From positions 7,378,001 to 7,442,000 of the forward strand of contig CM120645.1 in assembly GCA_051362555.1 (NCBI GenBank): a stretch of 64,000 nucleotides of DNA. Direction: 5' to 3'. The DNA comes from Lingula anatina (taxonomy: Eukaryota > Animalia > Brachiopoda). Every line of letters starts with the position of its first letter. Position 1 is the stretch's first letter. Of this stretch, positions 1 through 14,526 are shown piece after piece. Made by a program: the position numbers and the translations under genes. The notes under the pieces were generated by a model. It saw only the letters and a list, made by a program, of their open reading frames with translations. It was not told where the DNA came from and searched no databases.

Positions 1-900
1 AAATATGTCGTGCCCAAACCTCGTTCTGAATGCACTAAACCAGAGCAGTTGGTGGTCACATTCATTGCCGGCTATATTGGTATGGTGACGTATTCCTCAT
101 TGTTCAATAATAAAAAAAAAAACAGTCCTACAATGTATGTGTGTGTGTGTGAAAGAGAGAGTATTAAACTTCTGTTATTCCTTAATAATGCTTGTTTGAT
201 GAAAATTACGATATGATATGAAAACATATATAAGTATAATGCTTTAATCTGTTTTTCTATTCCAGCTGGTGTATTCTGTGCCATTGTTAGTCACCCAGCC
301 GACACCATCGTATCAAAACTTAACCAAGCAAAGGGAAGCAACTTTGTGGAGGTGGCCAAGAGCCTTGGGCTGCTAGGTAATACAGAGATTTATAACCAAG
401 TTCTCTCAGTACAAATTTAAAAGTTGGGATGCTTGGGAACATTATGTGACAGAGGTTTTGTCCGCATTCTTTCTGGTGTGGGGGGGTATGGGGTTATAAG
501 ATGTGAAGCAGTCATTCCGCTTATATACTAATATATAATATTTGAAGCAATATCAACGTGGTTAGTTTGTACGGACTTCAACTGTGTGAAAGTGGGTTAA
601 CTGAAGCGCATTGCAGGGCATCACGTCATATATTCGATTAATGATGTCATCTTGTGCGCTTAACAGAGATTTCAGTTTATAATCGCCGAACGACAGGGGG
701 TTGTTCAACATATCTCTTTTTTTTTTACTCCAGGCATGTGGAAAGGACTTTTCCCGAGGATTATAATGATTGGTACACTAACTGCGTTGCAGTGGTTCAT
801 CTACGATTCGGTCAAAGTCTATTACAGGCTGCCACGCCCACCTCCACCAGAGATGCCGGAGAGCCTCAAAGCCAAACTTGCTGCACAAGGGAAGCTTTGA
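1..900 (+). CDS. SLC25A3: Mitochondrial phosphate carrier (SLC25A3/PiC), last three coding exons; 5' part lies outside the window
   Basis: Exons <1-79, 266-376 and 734-900 (GT-AG) splice in frame to KYVVPKPRSECTKPEQLVVTFIAGYIAGVFCAIVSHPADTIVSKLNQ...GMWKGLFPRIIMIGTLTALQWFIYDSVKVYYRLPRPPPPEMPESLKAKLAAQGKL*. This is the characteristic animal PiC C-terminus with the carrier motif PxDxxxSK. AATAAA at 949-954. Confidence 0.97.
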
Positions 901-1343
901 TGATTTAGGACTTAATTTAGAAAGTTGTTTAATGAACGAAGTTTTTTTAATAAATGTTTTACAGAAGTCAATTTGGACTGTAGGGTGAGACTAATAAGCA
1001 GCGGAGTATGTGGAAAAATTTGTAGTAACAGCTTTATTTGAGTTTCAGGCAGAAAACACGTGTTTTGACATTGGTTTTGTTCCATAAGTCGGGTATAATG
1101 TCCAAAAGGCAAACTTGGAGCTTGTATTTTTCAATTGTCAATTCATCACTGTATTGTGAACTTTGAAAACAGCTGCACGTTAAAAGGTTAAGTCACCAGC
1201 AAGCGTTGCAATAACACTGGGTAGTGCACATAATTGAACTGCTCTAACTAATACTCTTTTTAACATGTTTTGAAGGAAGTATGACGACACAGATTTCTGA
1301 GTGTCATCTACAGTCCTTGTTTTTGGCTTGATTACTGCCCTAC

Positions 1344-1374
<31 letters not shown>

Positions 1375-1585
1375 AATTCTTTTTCTTTTTGATTTAAAAA
1401 GTTTTTCAACATGCGTGTAGAAAACTTCAGGCAGGCGGAACGTAACTTGTAAATCACGCAGGCGCGTTTAGACCGGGTCAGCCCTCTACCGGAGTAACTT
1501 CATTCCTAAACGTTAGTCGGCCTGACCTCGATTTGAGTCTGACTTGCTCTGAACACCTTGGAAATCGTGACATTCCCCCGAGTCC

Positions 1586-4500
1586 TCAGTGGTCCATTTT
1601 GAGAAGTGCTCTGCCATTAATCTTGCCTTCCTTGAGCATCATCAGAGCCTTGTTAGCTTGGTCCAGGCTGAAGTATGACATTGGGGGTGGTTTGAGCTGG
1701 AAACAATATTTCAAAAAAGATTCATGTAGTTATGATCTGGAAAATGCAACAGTTATAATTTATCTGCCCATACGTCCCTATTTGTTTGATAAGTACAATG
1801 TATTCCCGGTTTTCCGGAATATACAGCTTTCTTCACTGTGCTTCTACATCAGCCTTTACTTGAGACGTTTGGTGAATTTATTTTGATAAAAATATAAAAA
1901 CCCTCTCTCCCATTTTAACGCACTATAAGTAACAAATAACACGGTCTACCTGTTTCTCGGCCACCAGTTTCACGAGTTCTCTGAGGTGTTGTGGACTGGC
2001 AACGTAAATTCCTCGCAAACAGTGACTCATGCAAGCAAATATTGGAAGCTGTATATTAATACTGCCACCAAATAGCCCGATGATGGCCAAAGTACCACCC
2101 TGCAGAAGGTGATGTTTGAAAATAATGTCATAAATAACAGAATGCAATATCTTACAAAACATTAAAGGTTGTAATTAACATATTTTGGTTCTTATGGCAG
2201 GAATAACAAAATGTCACTCTAAGAGTTATCGTAAGGAGGGTGGATATAATTACATACTGCGACTTGGTGATTGTTCTAATAAACGGTTGACGTTATACGC
2301 TTATATCTCAACTGTAACTAGAGACGCAAATGACTTCACTGGTTCATTTTGAATTAATCTGCTGAAAGCCGTCCATCACAAAGCGAAATTTGTTATAAAA
2401 AGACAAAAAGAATGAACGCCAAATGTGAAGCAACCCTGATGAATGCCAAATTGGTGTAAGCCTCACGAATATCGAGGTGTAACAATTAAGGCACCACTGA
2501 ATTGACATGAGTAGTTTATTAAAATTTTATTATTGAATTAATCATGACATACATACATACATAGTTCAAGCAACTGAGAGCTCTGCTGGTTGTGACCCCA
2601 TTGTTCACAAGGTCAATTACGGCATCCACTCCTCCCCCAGACACCTCCTTCGTACGCTCCACAAGCGTTGCTTCATCCACTGAAAAGGAATATTAAACAC
2701 AACGGATTATGTCGAAATAACTTGAAATATTCAATATATTTTCATACTGACATGGTGGATTTGTCGGCCATTTTTGGAATATTTCGCACATCTCAGTGCC
2801 AGGAATTCACTAAGATAAAACCCATTTTACTTCATTTCATTCTCATGTGTTTTTTATATGTTTCATTGTTAGTAACACAAAATTCAACAAAACTCGTACT
2901 GCTGTTGACTTACAAAACAGTCGTTCTAGGGTGCTGACCTTAACTACTGGGTACCACATACTGAGAAGAACACTGTGTACTGTTGGATTACCTTGAACAT
3001 GTTTATTTTCATACTCTCTGTCAATTCTAAAACTTGTTTTAATTAAACAGAAAATCACCTGCGGGATCCCACAAAACGACATCATCAGCACCAGCGGCTT
3101 TGGCCATTTTCAATTTAGAAGTCTAAAAGAGAGGGAGATTTAAAATAATTATATCTGTAAATGGTGATTGCAATAAAAGCAGTTTTACACCAGTATAAAG
3201 CTTAATTTCTACATCATGCTTGGTCAGAATCATTTTTTTTTTTTTTTTGAAAAAATATGGATATTGGCCTACATACTTGTATATGTAAATAATACATGTA
3301 TAACAATGACAACATTCACCACTTGACGTTATATTTGAACCAAGTACCTAACTGAATTATAGAAAGTAAATTATATAGACTGAGATTTTACCCTCCTATC
3401 GGCGATGATCACTCTGACATCTGGCGGCAGAATGGCCTTGGCTATTTGTACACACCACAGCCCAAGCCCACCTGCGCCGATAACCAGCAGCCTCGCTTTG
3501 CCTGTAAGGGGGAATTATTAATCACCACTGCAAATATATTTTCATTTTTCAAAACATCTTTTTTTCTATTTTGATTCGAAACTTAGGGGTCTCGCTAGAT
3601 TTGAAACAGTTTTATTTCAATCGGAGCTCGGTTGTAGCTTATCCATGCAGATAAACATATTCATTTGTGAAGTAGGCAAAAATAAATATATTAATTCAAA
3701 AAGGAATAAAATCCTGTTGGATTCAATAAACTTATACGAGTAATGGGTATTTCGTTAAGTAAAAATAACGGGAAAAGTGCGACAGCTTTTACATCTACTA
3801 AAATGGTGAGCACAACTACCGCGTTAGTATACAGCATTTTGGAAACAAAGTAATTAAGTGCTTGTCTTTGCGTGGGTGTTTGTGAGCATTTAAAAGAAAC
3901 ATCAAGAAACATCAAGAGAGATAAGTGACTTAAATTAGCTTACGTATACCTCTTAGTTTAAGCATCTCTTCCAACGTTGGTTTTACGACACTGACTCCGT
4001 GGTAAGTTGTAAGACCGCTGCATGCAAGTAAAGCCGCCGTATCCATGCCAACTGATTTGGGCACTTTGACGGCATACTTTTTCTCAGGGACACTGACGTA
4101 GGTTGCGTAGCTGTCGAAATAAAAGAGAATATAGGTGTGTTAAACCTTCACCAACGTGCTTATAGATACTTCACTTCAATATTTAATGTTATATGTTTTC
4201 AGTATCATTTTGATTGCTTCAGAAAAATTCATGAACCACATTTTAAGAGCACTTATGTTGGAGAGAATATACGTACAAGTAGACTATTCTAAAACAGTAG
4301 TCACTGAGTAGAGGCAATAGGCAAAGTAGTCACTACTTAAGAAAAGCCTTGCCACATGACATACCCCCCGGGTTGCCCCGCTCCTAGCGTTCCCTTGACG
4401 CTGTCTGGACAGAGTTGATTGGAACCGCCACTACATACGTCACACTTCCGGCAACCCATAAAAGAGTAGATCACAACTCTGTCACCCACTTTGATGTCAG

Positions 4501-7330
4501 GGTCATCTGATCAAAGATACAGGTTACAATTATCATTCAAATATGTATTTATAGCATGATAGGAATATAATCGCAATACTCGTGATGAATCGTATTTTCA
4601 AAAAACGTTTTTTTAAAATGAACATCAAATCCACAATTGAAATTTAACGCACGTTAAGTGAACTGAAAACAGTGACGACTTACCAGCACTCGATTTATCT
4701 CCCAGTGAGTGAACAATCCCAGATATTTCATGACCTGTTGAGAGAATTCGCAGTAATTAATACCCAGATATAGAAACTGCGCTATTGAAGTACGGTTTAT
4801 GATTCGGATGCTTGCTTTTATTTGTGTTGTATCTTGGTATTTATGAAAACTTTATTTTGTCTATAAAACGCGCTACACGTTCTTAAGGAAAGAGCTAATG
4901 GTGGCATCACACCATGGAGCAGCACGGCTGGATTTGGGATTTGTGCTTAGAATGTTTACAGATAGTGCCACATGGTATAGCCAGCCCTGCATATTGGGAG
5001 AGTGTTCTGCTATCTGTAGGCCTACATACAGTATGGTAGTATCATTTACTGTTTTTAAACAGTAAATTAAAAAATACAATAAAATATGATAAACATAGTA
5101 TAAGCATAATCTTTTTTACTTTTGTTACTATTTGTCAAAACACTGATTATAAGCTGAAGCATAAGAAGCAAAAACCCTCACCTAGTACAAAATTGTGGGG
5201 ATCGCTGAGGAAGGCCATTTCTTTTCCATCTCCCAATTCTGTTTTGTTCTCCCAAAGGTGGACATCGGAATGACAAATACCAGCGAACCTGGTCTGGAAT
5301 TCAACGATTTATTAAGTACTTACTAAGTTAACTGATTGAAAGGTTTAAGACTCGAAATTTACAGGTACAGTATGGGATACGCTGTCCTCAATATACAGCG
5401 TGTTTGGTGATTGATGTTTTGGATCAATCAATATTTCAGACTGCCGTGTTCGAGTTATGATGCCTATAGACTACTATGGCTGTAAGAAATGTTTTGCCAT
5501 TTCTGTCCTTGAAGAAAGGACTATATCAGTTCATGTGGACTCATTACGGCTGCTTTCTTTAACCAATCAAAGTGTGGAAGTTGCTAGTGTCCTTCTCGTC
5601 TTTTTCCTACTGTGCGACCCTTTACATATTTTCTTTACCGAAACTAAACCCACAATACACGTTGGCCCACTCAGGATGTACCACATATTTGCATATAAGT
5701 TTACAAATAATACCCACAAGTTCAAGGGCCTCATTGAATACCCTCTTTCAGGGCCACAGATTGTTTTTTCACTAGATAATGACACATACTGTCTCTGGCT
5801 AAATATGGTCAATCTTCTAGCTGTGAGAATTTATTACATTTTAATGTAATTAAAAATATATCAGTGTAGGCAGGTATAACCTTCTCTGGCAATATCTGAC
5901 CTTCATCAACAACAGTTTTTACTTGCTCCATTATAAATACCATACTGATGTTTTCAAGCTGTCAGGCGTAAAGATTACCCTCTACCAGGCCTGCAGAAAA
6001 CATGTGTACTCTTTTCTATCACGAGAACAAAATGACCGTCCATTTATATGAAGACATATCTGTGGATATCTAGTGAAAAATCAGTCTGGTAGAGGGTATC
6101 ATTAAATAAATTATGGCAAAATAATTCTGCACAGAATGTACGTTCCTCGTGTATACCTGTACAAAAATGATCGCGAGGCCGCGTGCGAAGACCTTCAGTG
6201 ACATAAAACAATTCGATTAAATGTGCTGACAACGTGTTAAATGGTACAATTTCTGGAAAAGCGACACAACAACTCACCTTTTGCCACCACTAAAAACGCA
6301 CATACTTGAGATAAATAAATACCCCGTGGGAAAGATTTGCATACAGATTACAAACCCGGCTCATTAATGTGAGATTATGTTATTTGTAAAACGGCACAGA
6401 TTTAGCTGGAAAATGCGGTTTACATTTTTCTTTCTTTACAATTTTCTTTCAATGGGCCGAAAAGATCGATGAAAAGTTGGACATCAATCGGAAAGTATCA
6501 TAAACTCCACAAGACCCTTCACTCCTGTTCCATTTAGTTCAGATAACATAGGACTAAATAAGATACGAAATTGTTATGTTTTGACGGTATGATATGGTAT
6601 GTAAATATGTACATACCAGGGCAGTTGGCTGTGATGAGTAGGGGGTGGGGGGGGGGAGGAGGGGCGGGGGGGGGGGGGGGGGGGCTGCCCTTCCCTCAGA
6701 AAATTTTGAAAAAAAAAATCTTTTTGGAATTTTTATTAAGCATTTGCCTTTCTTCTCCCAGTACACCAGAAGCCTCTTTCTTTTGTATTGTAAGCCTCCA
6801 AGAGCAACTGCCAAACTTTGCTTTTTATCTCATCCTACGCACGGCGCTGCAAAAACCCATATTTGTTAAAAAAAAACGTAATTGAAAAGCATGCTATTAC
6901 CTACCGAGTTTGAAAGTAAGTATTTAAAAACTTTAAAAGATTTTGGCTACGAAGTACCGGTAGTAAAGAATGAACGTACTCGAACGTGGAAAAAGATTGA
7001 AATTTTGCCAGTTTGAAATAACAAATTTTCGTATTCACTGCCATTTCCAAAGTACGATTTGGGAGATTTTGTAGCAGTAAAAACAGTGGACCAAAGATAC
7101 ATTTCTTTGAGTGAACCGTTCTATCAGAGCTTTCAACCACCACTTTGCTCTGATAAATTTACTGTTTCCTTTGAAAATAACTAAAACACGCTAAATTATT
7201 CCCAAAAAATTAAAGCATATACCTTAATAACAAGTCCTTCTGGCGGTGGTTTGGGGATTGCCTGTTCCACAATTTTCAGCGGTTCCTTGGGCGCTGGAAC
7301 TTGAGCCGAACGCATCACGTGGGCACCCAT
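1586..7330 (-). CDS. Zinc-dependent medium-chain alcohol dehydrogenase, paralog 1 (375 aa, 10 coding exons)
   Basis: Exons (-): 7223-7330, 5182-5293, 4684-4734, 4365-4506, 3950-4110, 3392-3501, 3059-3122, 2561-2679, 1950-2099, 1586-1696 = 1128 nt in frame. Motifs: GICHSDVH, GHEISG, structural Zn CRKCDVC...C, catalytic ACSGLT, Rossmann GAGGLG, C-terminal GRALL. Confidence 0.95.
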
Positions 7331-7565
7331 CTCGGTCTGGGGCGTCTGGTTCTCTGTTTAACTAACCTGGGAGAAAAACGCATGAACTTGATGTAGAGTC
7401 CTTTGCTTATATTAAAAAAAAAGACTGAAACGGATAGACGTGGAGCTGTAGAATATAAATATACCAAGAATATAAACAGAGGTCGTGGAACTCAGTTCGG
7501 TACCTACAAGTGCATTGTGTGTCACTGAGCTGTGTTTTTGAACCATTTACTTAAAATAATCTTAC

Positions 7566-7752
7566 CTTTTTCTTTTTGGCTTTTGTGTATCTCTAATTAC
7601 GACTGCATCGTCCGTCACAGGGATAGTAATATTTGCTGTCTTCACAAATGCATCCGTTGTAGCTTCGTCGGTTGAGAAGATAGGTGGACCTACTTCCTGT
7701 CTAGGATAATTAAACCTTTGTGGTCGTTCGTGTTGTGGCACATGGTTATATA
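7566..7752 (-). promoter_or_regulatory. Putative non-coding first exon and TATA box of ADH paralog 1
   Basis: The ATG exon has a CAG acceptor (7367-7369), which implies an upstream UTR exon. A minus-strand GTAAG donor lies at 7561-7565 and TATATAA (-) at 7746-7752. Confidence 0.45.
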
Positions 7753-9737
7753 TGCGGTTGGGGTTGGGGTGTGGTCGTATTGCGTGCCATGGGAGATTTG
7801 GGTCTACTCTCTCTAATTTTATTTCTATTTACCGTCTTTGTCTGTCCTGTCTGCTGATGACGTAACCAGTACACTTTCTCTTCTACGAACCACCTCATAT
7901 TGTGGTAACCATTTTAATGTAATGGGAATGCGTGGCTGGGCCAATAAAACTACCTATTCCCCCACGTCGCTTTCGTCGTGTTTGGCTTTGCGTCTAGTCG
8001 CTTCTTATTATTATGTTTATATTATTATTATATTTTCTTATTATGTTCGCGTGACTCTTTAAGGTTTTCCTGGGCTGGTTTCGAAGCATCTGATAAGTCA
8101 CTCAGTCTGCCTTCTAGAGCATTAAATGTTCAAATTTTGTCTGTCTCAGCCATCAAGAGTCTCGTTAATGGCATTCTTGGGCGACTCCCATAAACTTACT
8201 CCTGTACGTACTTCTAGCCCCGTGTACCATATAGTACTCTCGGGTCCCCGTAATACAGTGCATCAGTAAGCGTAACAGATAAGTATACTTTACGACATGA
8301 AAAGGGCCTTTGACACTTAGCGTAATATTCGTCTTCATTTCAACATAATCTACATAGGAAAGATCATACGTATGGAGGACGTCTTTATACCTGGCTGCCA
8401 GCGCCTCTGTCGAGATCCTCGCCAACATATCTCTCTGCCGCATGTAATCCGTGAAGGTCAGAATTCAGACACAGCCTGCCTTGTCAACCACACTGAGAGA
8501 GGGATTCCCAAGGATTATAAAGGAGGAGGGGTTGAATGAGTAATATTTGATTTTGATTTTCCTCTTAGCCGTCCCTCGCCTGCAGACTCGAACTACCGTT
8601 TCACGAAGTAAAGATTTAAATGCTAGCTTCATAGCAGCATATTATTAGCCAATTATTTATATATTTATTTATTTATTTACTTAGTCTACTTTCTTTATTC
8701 GTTAGACAAGAGAGATGTTCAGGAGAATTCTACTGTGTAGGGAAACTACAAGCTGAGTCTCCAAAAATGGTAGACCGAACGCTCATTTTCCATCTCGCAA
8801 TGTTACGAGATATCTTGTATAAAAGATCTGCCCGGTTTAAAAATATTTTTGTTATATATATTTTTAAATTCCAGTTTTCTTATACAGGCTTGATCATTAG
8901 ATTTAAAGATATCATTCATAATTTATCAGAAATTATCATTCGTTACCATACAAAATTGGCTCACCTAAATTCGGTAATTGCATTCAAATGTATAACTGAT
9001 TTCATATTTACAGATTTTAGAAAGGCCTTGTACCGCTGTGGGCCGTCAGATTTCCTACACCATGATGAAATTTGCCTGCTTTGAGAGGACGGTGGAAGCT
9101 CTGTATAAATATAAATACGTTGTGAAGCAACTTTGTGGTAAGAAGGGAAACTTTGTCGGAACAGCTTTATTTTATTTTCAGTCAGAAACAACTCAATTTT
9201 CATTTACAAACTCATTGAGTTTTAATAAGTTTATTACATTCGAACAACTGAAGGATTACACGTGTTCTGCCATTGGTTTTGTCCAATTAGTTGGGTGTAT
9301 TGTTTAATAGGCAGATTTGGAGCTTGTATTTTACAATTGTCATTATGTCACTGCACATTAAATGCTCAAGTCACCAGCAAGAGTTTTTAACAAGTAAGTG
9401 CACATAATTGAACAACTCTAACTAAATACTCTTTTCTAACATGTTAGTCAATATGATATAAATTTCTGGTTGCTATTACTCCCATCCTTGTTTTTGGCTT
9501 GAATATTGCACCACTTATTTTTATTATGAATTTTATTCCAAATGATGTATACAATTTTCAACATGCGTGTAGAAAACTTTAAGCAGGCGGAACGTAACTT
9601 GTGAATCAACCAGGAGAGCTAAGACCAGGTCAGCTCTCAAACGGAGTAACTTCATTTCTGAACGTTAGTCGGACTAACATCGGTTTAAGACTGACCTGCT
9701 CTGAATACGCCTATAACTCATGACATTCTGCTGGTTC

Positions 9738-10726
9738 TCAGTCGTCCATTTTGAGAAGTGCTCTGCCATTAATCTTGCCATCCTTGAGCATCATCAGAGC
9801 TTCGTTGGCTTGGTCAAGGCTGTAGTATGACATTGGGGGAGGTTTGAGCTGGAAACAATATTTAAAAAATGATCAATCTACGTTTGATCTGGGGACTAGA
9901 ACATTTATAATCATCTGCCTACACCCCCTTTTGGACGAAAAATACTCACGTTTTCCCCGGAATATGCAGATTGGTCGCAAAGCTTTCTTCACTGTGCTTC
10001 TTCATCAGCCTAAACCTTGCGACGTTTGGTGAATACATTTTATGAACCACACTAGTGATAAAAATAACCCTCTCTCTTCCACTTTAAAGCATAGTAAGTA
10101 ACAAATTACATGGTATACCTGTTTCTCGGCCACAAGTTTCACGAGTTCTCTCAGGTGCTGTGGACTGGCAACGTAGACTCCTCTCAAACAGTGAGTCTTA
10201 CAGACAAATGTTGGAAGCTGTATATTAATACTGCCGCCAAATAGCCCAATGATGGCCAAAATACCACCCTGCAGATGGAAAGTGATGTTTGAAAATAATG
10301 CCATGAATAATGGAGTACAGTATCTTACATCTGATGACTAATCACAAGTTCATTTTAAATCAAAATCTGCTGCAAAGAAAATATGAAATAAAAACATCAA
10401 TAAAATAGACAAAACGCCAAATGTAAAAAAAACCCCTATGAATGCCACATTGGTGTCACATTGGTGTCATAATTAAAGCACCACTGATATTTAAATTGGA
10501 ATTGACATTACTAGTTTATTGAACCACTTATTATCAGATTAATCATGACATACATACATAATTCAAGCAGTTGAGAGCTCTGCTGGTTGTGATCCCATTA
10601 TTCACGAGGTCAATTACGGCGTCCACTCCTCCCCCAGATATCTCCTTCGTACGCTCCACCAGCGTTGCTTCATCCACTGAAAAGGGAATATTAAGCACAG
10701 CTGGATTATGCCGAAAGAACTTATAT

Positions 10727-10760
<34 letters not shown>

Positions 10761-13700
10761 GTGACATGTTGGATTTGTCGGCCATTTCTGGGATATTCGC
10801 ATATTTCATTGCCAGGCATTTGCTGGGATAAAACACATTCCTACTTTGTTAAATTCTCTTGTATTTTATTGTTAGCAACACGACATTCAACAAAATCGTA
10901 CTGCTGTTGAATTGCAAAATACCTGTTCTACATTGTGTACTCTTGAATTAACTTAAACATGTATATTTGTATGCTCTTACTCATTTCTAAAACTTGCTTT
11001 TTAATTCAACACAAAATCACCTGTGGGATCCCACAACACGACATCATCAGCACCAGCGGCTTTGGCAATTTCTAATTTAGAAGTCTAAAAGGGAGGAGGT
11101 TTCATTATAGCAATATTAATTATATAGGAGGAGCCAATCAGCAGTTAATAGTGAATGCAATAAAAGCAGTCTTACACCGGTGAAAAAACCTCCGGCAGAA
11201 GTGACCAAAGCTTTCTACACCATGCTTGGTCAGAATCAATTAAAAAAAGATATAGGGCTACATACATTGCTTGTATGTAAAAATATAACAATGACAACAG
11301 TCACCACCTTTATGTTACATGAAGAAGTGAACCAAAAACTTTAAGTTATATTTGAACTAAGCACCTAATTAAAATAAAGATAATGAATTATATAGACTGA
11401 GATTATACCGCGATATCGGCAACGATCACTCTGACATCTGGCGGCAGAATGGCCTTGGCTATTTGTACACACCACAGCCCCAGTCCCCCTGCGCCGATAA
11501 CCAGCAGCCTCGCTTTGCCTGTAAGGAGAAATTACATAGCACTAGCTTTATCACTACTGCAAATATATTTTCACATTTTCAAAAAGCCTTTTTAAATTTT
11601 GATTTGAAAGTCAACGCAAAAGCTTTGTGCGGATAAACAGATACGTTTGTGAAGTCATAAATAAATTAATAAAAACGAAGAAAACCCTGCTGGATTCAAT
11701 ATACTTTGACGAATAAATGGTGTTTGGTTTTATTGAAAAATACCGAGGAAAGTGCGACAGCTTTCACGTCTACCAAAATGGTGACACAACTACCACAATT
11801 GCGCTAGTGTAAAGTTTTCGAAACATGGCATGTCTTTGTGTGGGAGCACGTAAAAGGGAGATAATCAGAAAGAAAGATAAGAGAGTAAGGAAAGCTTTAT
11901 ATACCTCTTAGTTTAAGCAGCTCTTTCAATGTTGGTTTTACGACGGTGACTCCGTGGTAAGTTGTAACACCGCTGCAGGCAATGATAGCCGCCGTGTCCA
12001 TACCAACCGATTCGGGCACTTTGACGGCATACTTTTTCTCAGGGACACTGACGTAGGTTGCGTATCTGTAGCAAAATAAAAATAGAATAGATGCGTGAAA
12101 CCTTTACCAACGTGCTTATAAACGCTTCATTCCACTGTTCAAAGTAAATTGTTTTCAATATCATATCCTTTTGATGGATTCAGAACAATCCACGATCCGC
12201 ATTTTTGAGAGCATTTACTTTGGGAAATTATGCGTACAAGTATTCACTGAGTAGAGGCAATAGGTACTACTTGTAAAGAGTCTTGACAAATGACATACCC
12301 CCCGGGTTGCTCCGCTCCAAGCGATCCCTTGATGGTGTCTGGACAGAGTTGATTGGAGCCGCCACAACATGCGTCACACTTCCGGCAACCAATGAAAGTG
12401 TAGATCACAACTCTGTCACCCACTTTGATGTCAGGGTCATCTGATCAAAGATGCTGGATATAATTGTCATTCAAATCTGTATATTTAATAGTATAATAGA
12501 GGATTTTTAAATAAGTTTAAAAAGGGGGCATCAAATCCGAAATATAAATTTTCAGTGACCGCGAAGCATCCGGTGTTTATTTTAGGACCCAAAATACACC
12601 CTTATCTTCTATCCTGGGTTTCTTAAATACTTAAAACACCACTCACCTGCACTCGATTTATCTCCCAGTGAGTGAACAACCCCAGATATTTCATGACCTG
12701 TTGAGATAAGCAATAATGAATATCTAGAAGCAGAAATTGCGCTATTGAAGTACGATTAATAATCCGGACGTTTATTTGTGTTGCACCTAAAGATTCATGG
12801 AACATTTATGAAACGCGCTAAAAGCAATCTTACAATCTCGTTTGCGTATGTGCGTGTGTGCGTTCGTGTGCGAGTTTGCGTGTGTGCGAACAGCGTTGAA
12901 TAGTAATTGCAAGACCTATATTTTTGGGGTCGTTTCAAAACACTGATTTTATGCTAAAGTAAAAGGAGTGGAAACACCCACCTAGTACATAGTTGTGCGG
13001 ATCGCTAAGGATGGTCATTTCTTTTCCATCACCCAATCCTGTTTTGTTCTTCCAAAGGTTGACATCAGAATGACAAATGCCAGCAAAACTGGTCTAGAAT
13101 AAAGCGAATGATTTAGGACTGACTTATTTAGTTGATTAAAAGATTTAACACTGGAAATTTAAAGGCATAAGGTGCAATACACTTGCCTTAATATACAGTG
13201 GGTTTGCTGAATGATATTTTGGATATGTCAAGTTTGAAACATTGACAGAGCATCAATTTCTCTTTCCGACTGCCGTGTCAGAGTTCTGACGTGCATGGCT
13301 GTCAGGTTGTTCTTGTCACTTCTGTTCTTGAAGAAGGGCCTACATCTATTCATCTGACCTCATTCCATTGCCTTCTTAAACCAGTCTAACTAAAGTTGCA
13401 TAAGTTGTACAAATAATAGTCACAAGTTCAAAGGCTAAATTATGGCAAAACAATTATAACTGTATAACTGTACAAAAATTATTACGAGATCATGCGCAAA
13501 AACCTTCAGAAATATAAAACAATTGGATTATGTGTGCTGACAACGTTTTAAATGGTAGAAGTTTTGGTAAAGCGATACAAATCAGATTCGTTGGAGGACA
13601 CCTAGGTCATTAACTCGCTTTTTGCCACCACTTAGAGCACACAAACTTCAGATAAATAAAAACCCCGTGGGGTAATAAATTCATCATCGTTCAAACACCT

Positions 13701-14526
13701 ACAATATATCAGATTACAGACCAGGGCTCATTAACGCTAGATTATGCAATGTCCACACGGCAAAACAGCACAGATTTAGCTGGGAAATGCATTTTACAAT
13801 TTTCTTTCAATGGATCGCAAAGATCGACGAAATCCTTCATTCTTGTGCCATTTAGTACAAATATTTATAGAACTAACGTTAAAAGATACGAAGTTGTAAT
13901 GTTTTGTAGTTATGAATGTAAATATGTACATTCCAGGGCCGAAGGCTGTGATGAGTTGAGAAAGGGGGAGAGGGGGCTTCCCTCAGAAAATTAAAAAAAA
14001 ATTATTTTAGAATTTTTATCAAGCATTTGCCTTTTCTCTCCCAGTACACCAGAAGCCTTTGTCTTTTGTATTGTAAGCCTCCAAGAGCAACTGCCAAACT
14101 TTGCTTTTTTATCTCATCCTACGCATGGCGCTGCAAAAACCCATATTTGTTAAAAAGAAACGGAACTGAAAAGCATGCAATTACCTCCGGTGTTTAAAAG
14201 TTAGTATTTATAAACTTTTAAAGATTTTAGATACAACCTACATCTACCGGTGGTAGTATTAACGCACTTAAAATATGGCAAAAAGATATACATATTTCAC
14301 TGTCATTTCCAAAGCACGATTTGGGAGCTTTCAACCGTCACCTTGCCTTGTTAAATTTGTTTCATTTGAAAATAACTAAAACACACTAAATTGTTGCTAA
14401 AAGAAATAAAGCGTATACCTTAATAACAAGTCCTTCTGGCGGTGGTTTGGGGATTGCCTGTTCCACAATTTTCAGCGGTTCCTTGGGCGCTGGAACTTGA
14501 GCAGAACGCATCATGGGAGCAGCCAT
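9738..14526 (-). CDS. Zinc-dependent medium-chain alcohol dehydrogenase, paralog 2 (375 aa, 10 coding exons)
   Basis: Exons (-): 14419-14526, 12982-13093, 12647-12697, 12299-12440, 11905-12065, 11409-11518, 11021-11084, 10558-10676, 10119-10268, 9738-9848. Exon sizes match paralog 1, the frame is open and all Zn ligands are present. It has CHSDVN instead of CHSDVH. Confidence 0.92.

Noticed and set aside
654-908. 84-aa ORF overlapping the SLC25A3 last exon
   Set aside because: It is an alternative frame of the real exon, starts at a non-ATG codon in the intron and has no recognisable homology.
1400-1560. Conserved block in the ADH 3' UTRs (also about 9560-9710 and 16580-16730), considered as an ncRNA or SECIS element
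   Set aside because: The similarity is explained by the recent duplication. The TGA is at the normal C-terminus and I found no convincing SECIS core.
6554-6885. Gly-rich and Pro-rich ORFs
   Set aside because: They arise from a poly-G tract in an intronic repeat.
8050-8760. GC-richer intergenic block with short ORFs, possibly a retroelement relic
   Set aside because: I could not recognise any protein motif or termini; it needs a database search.
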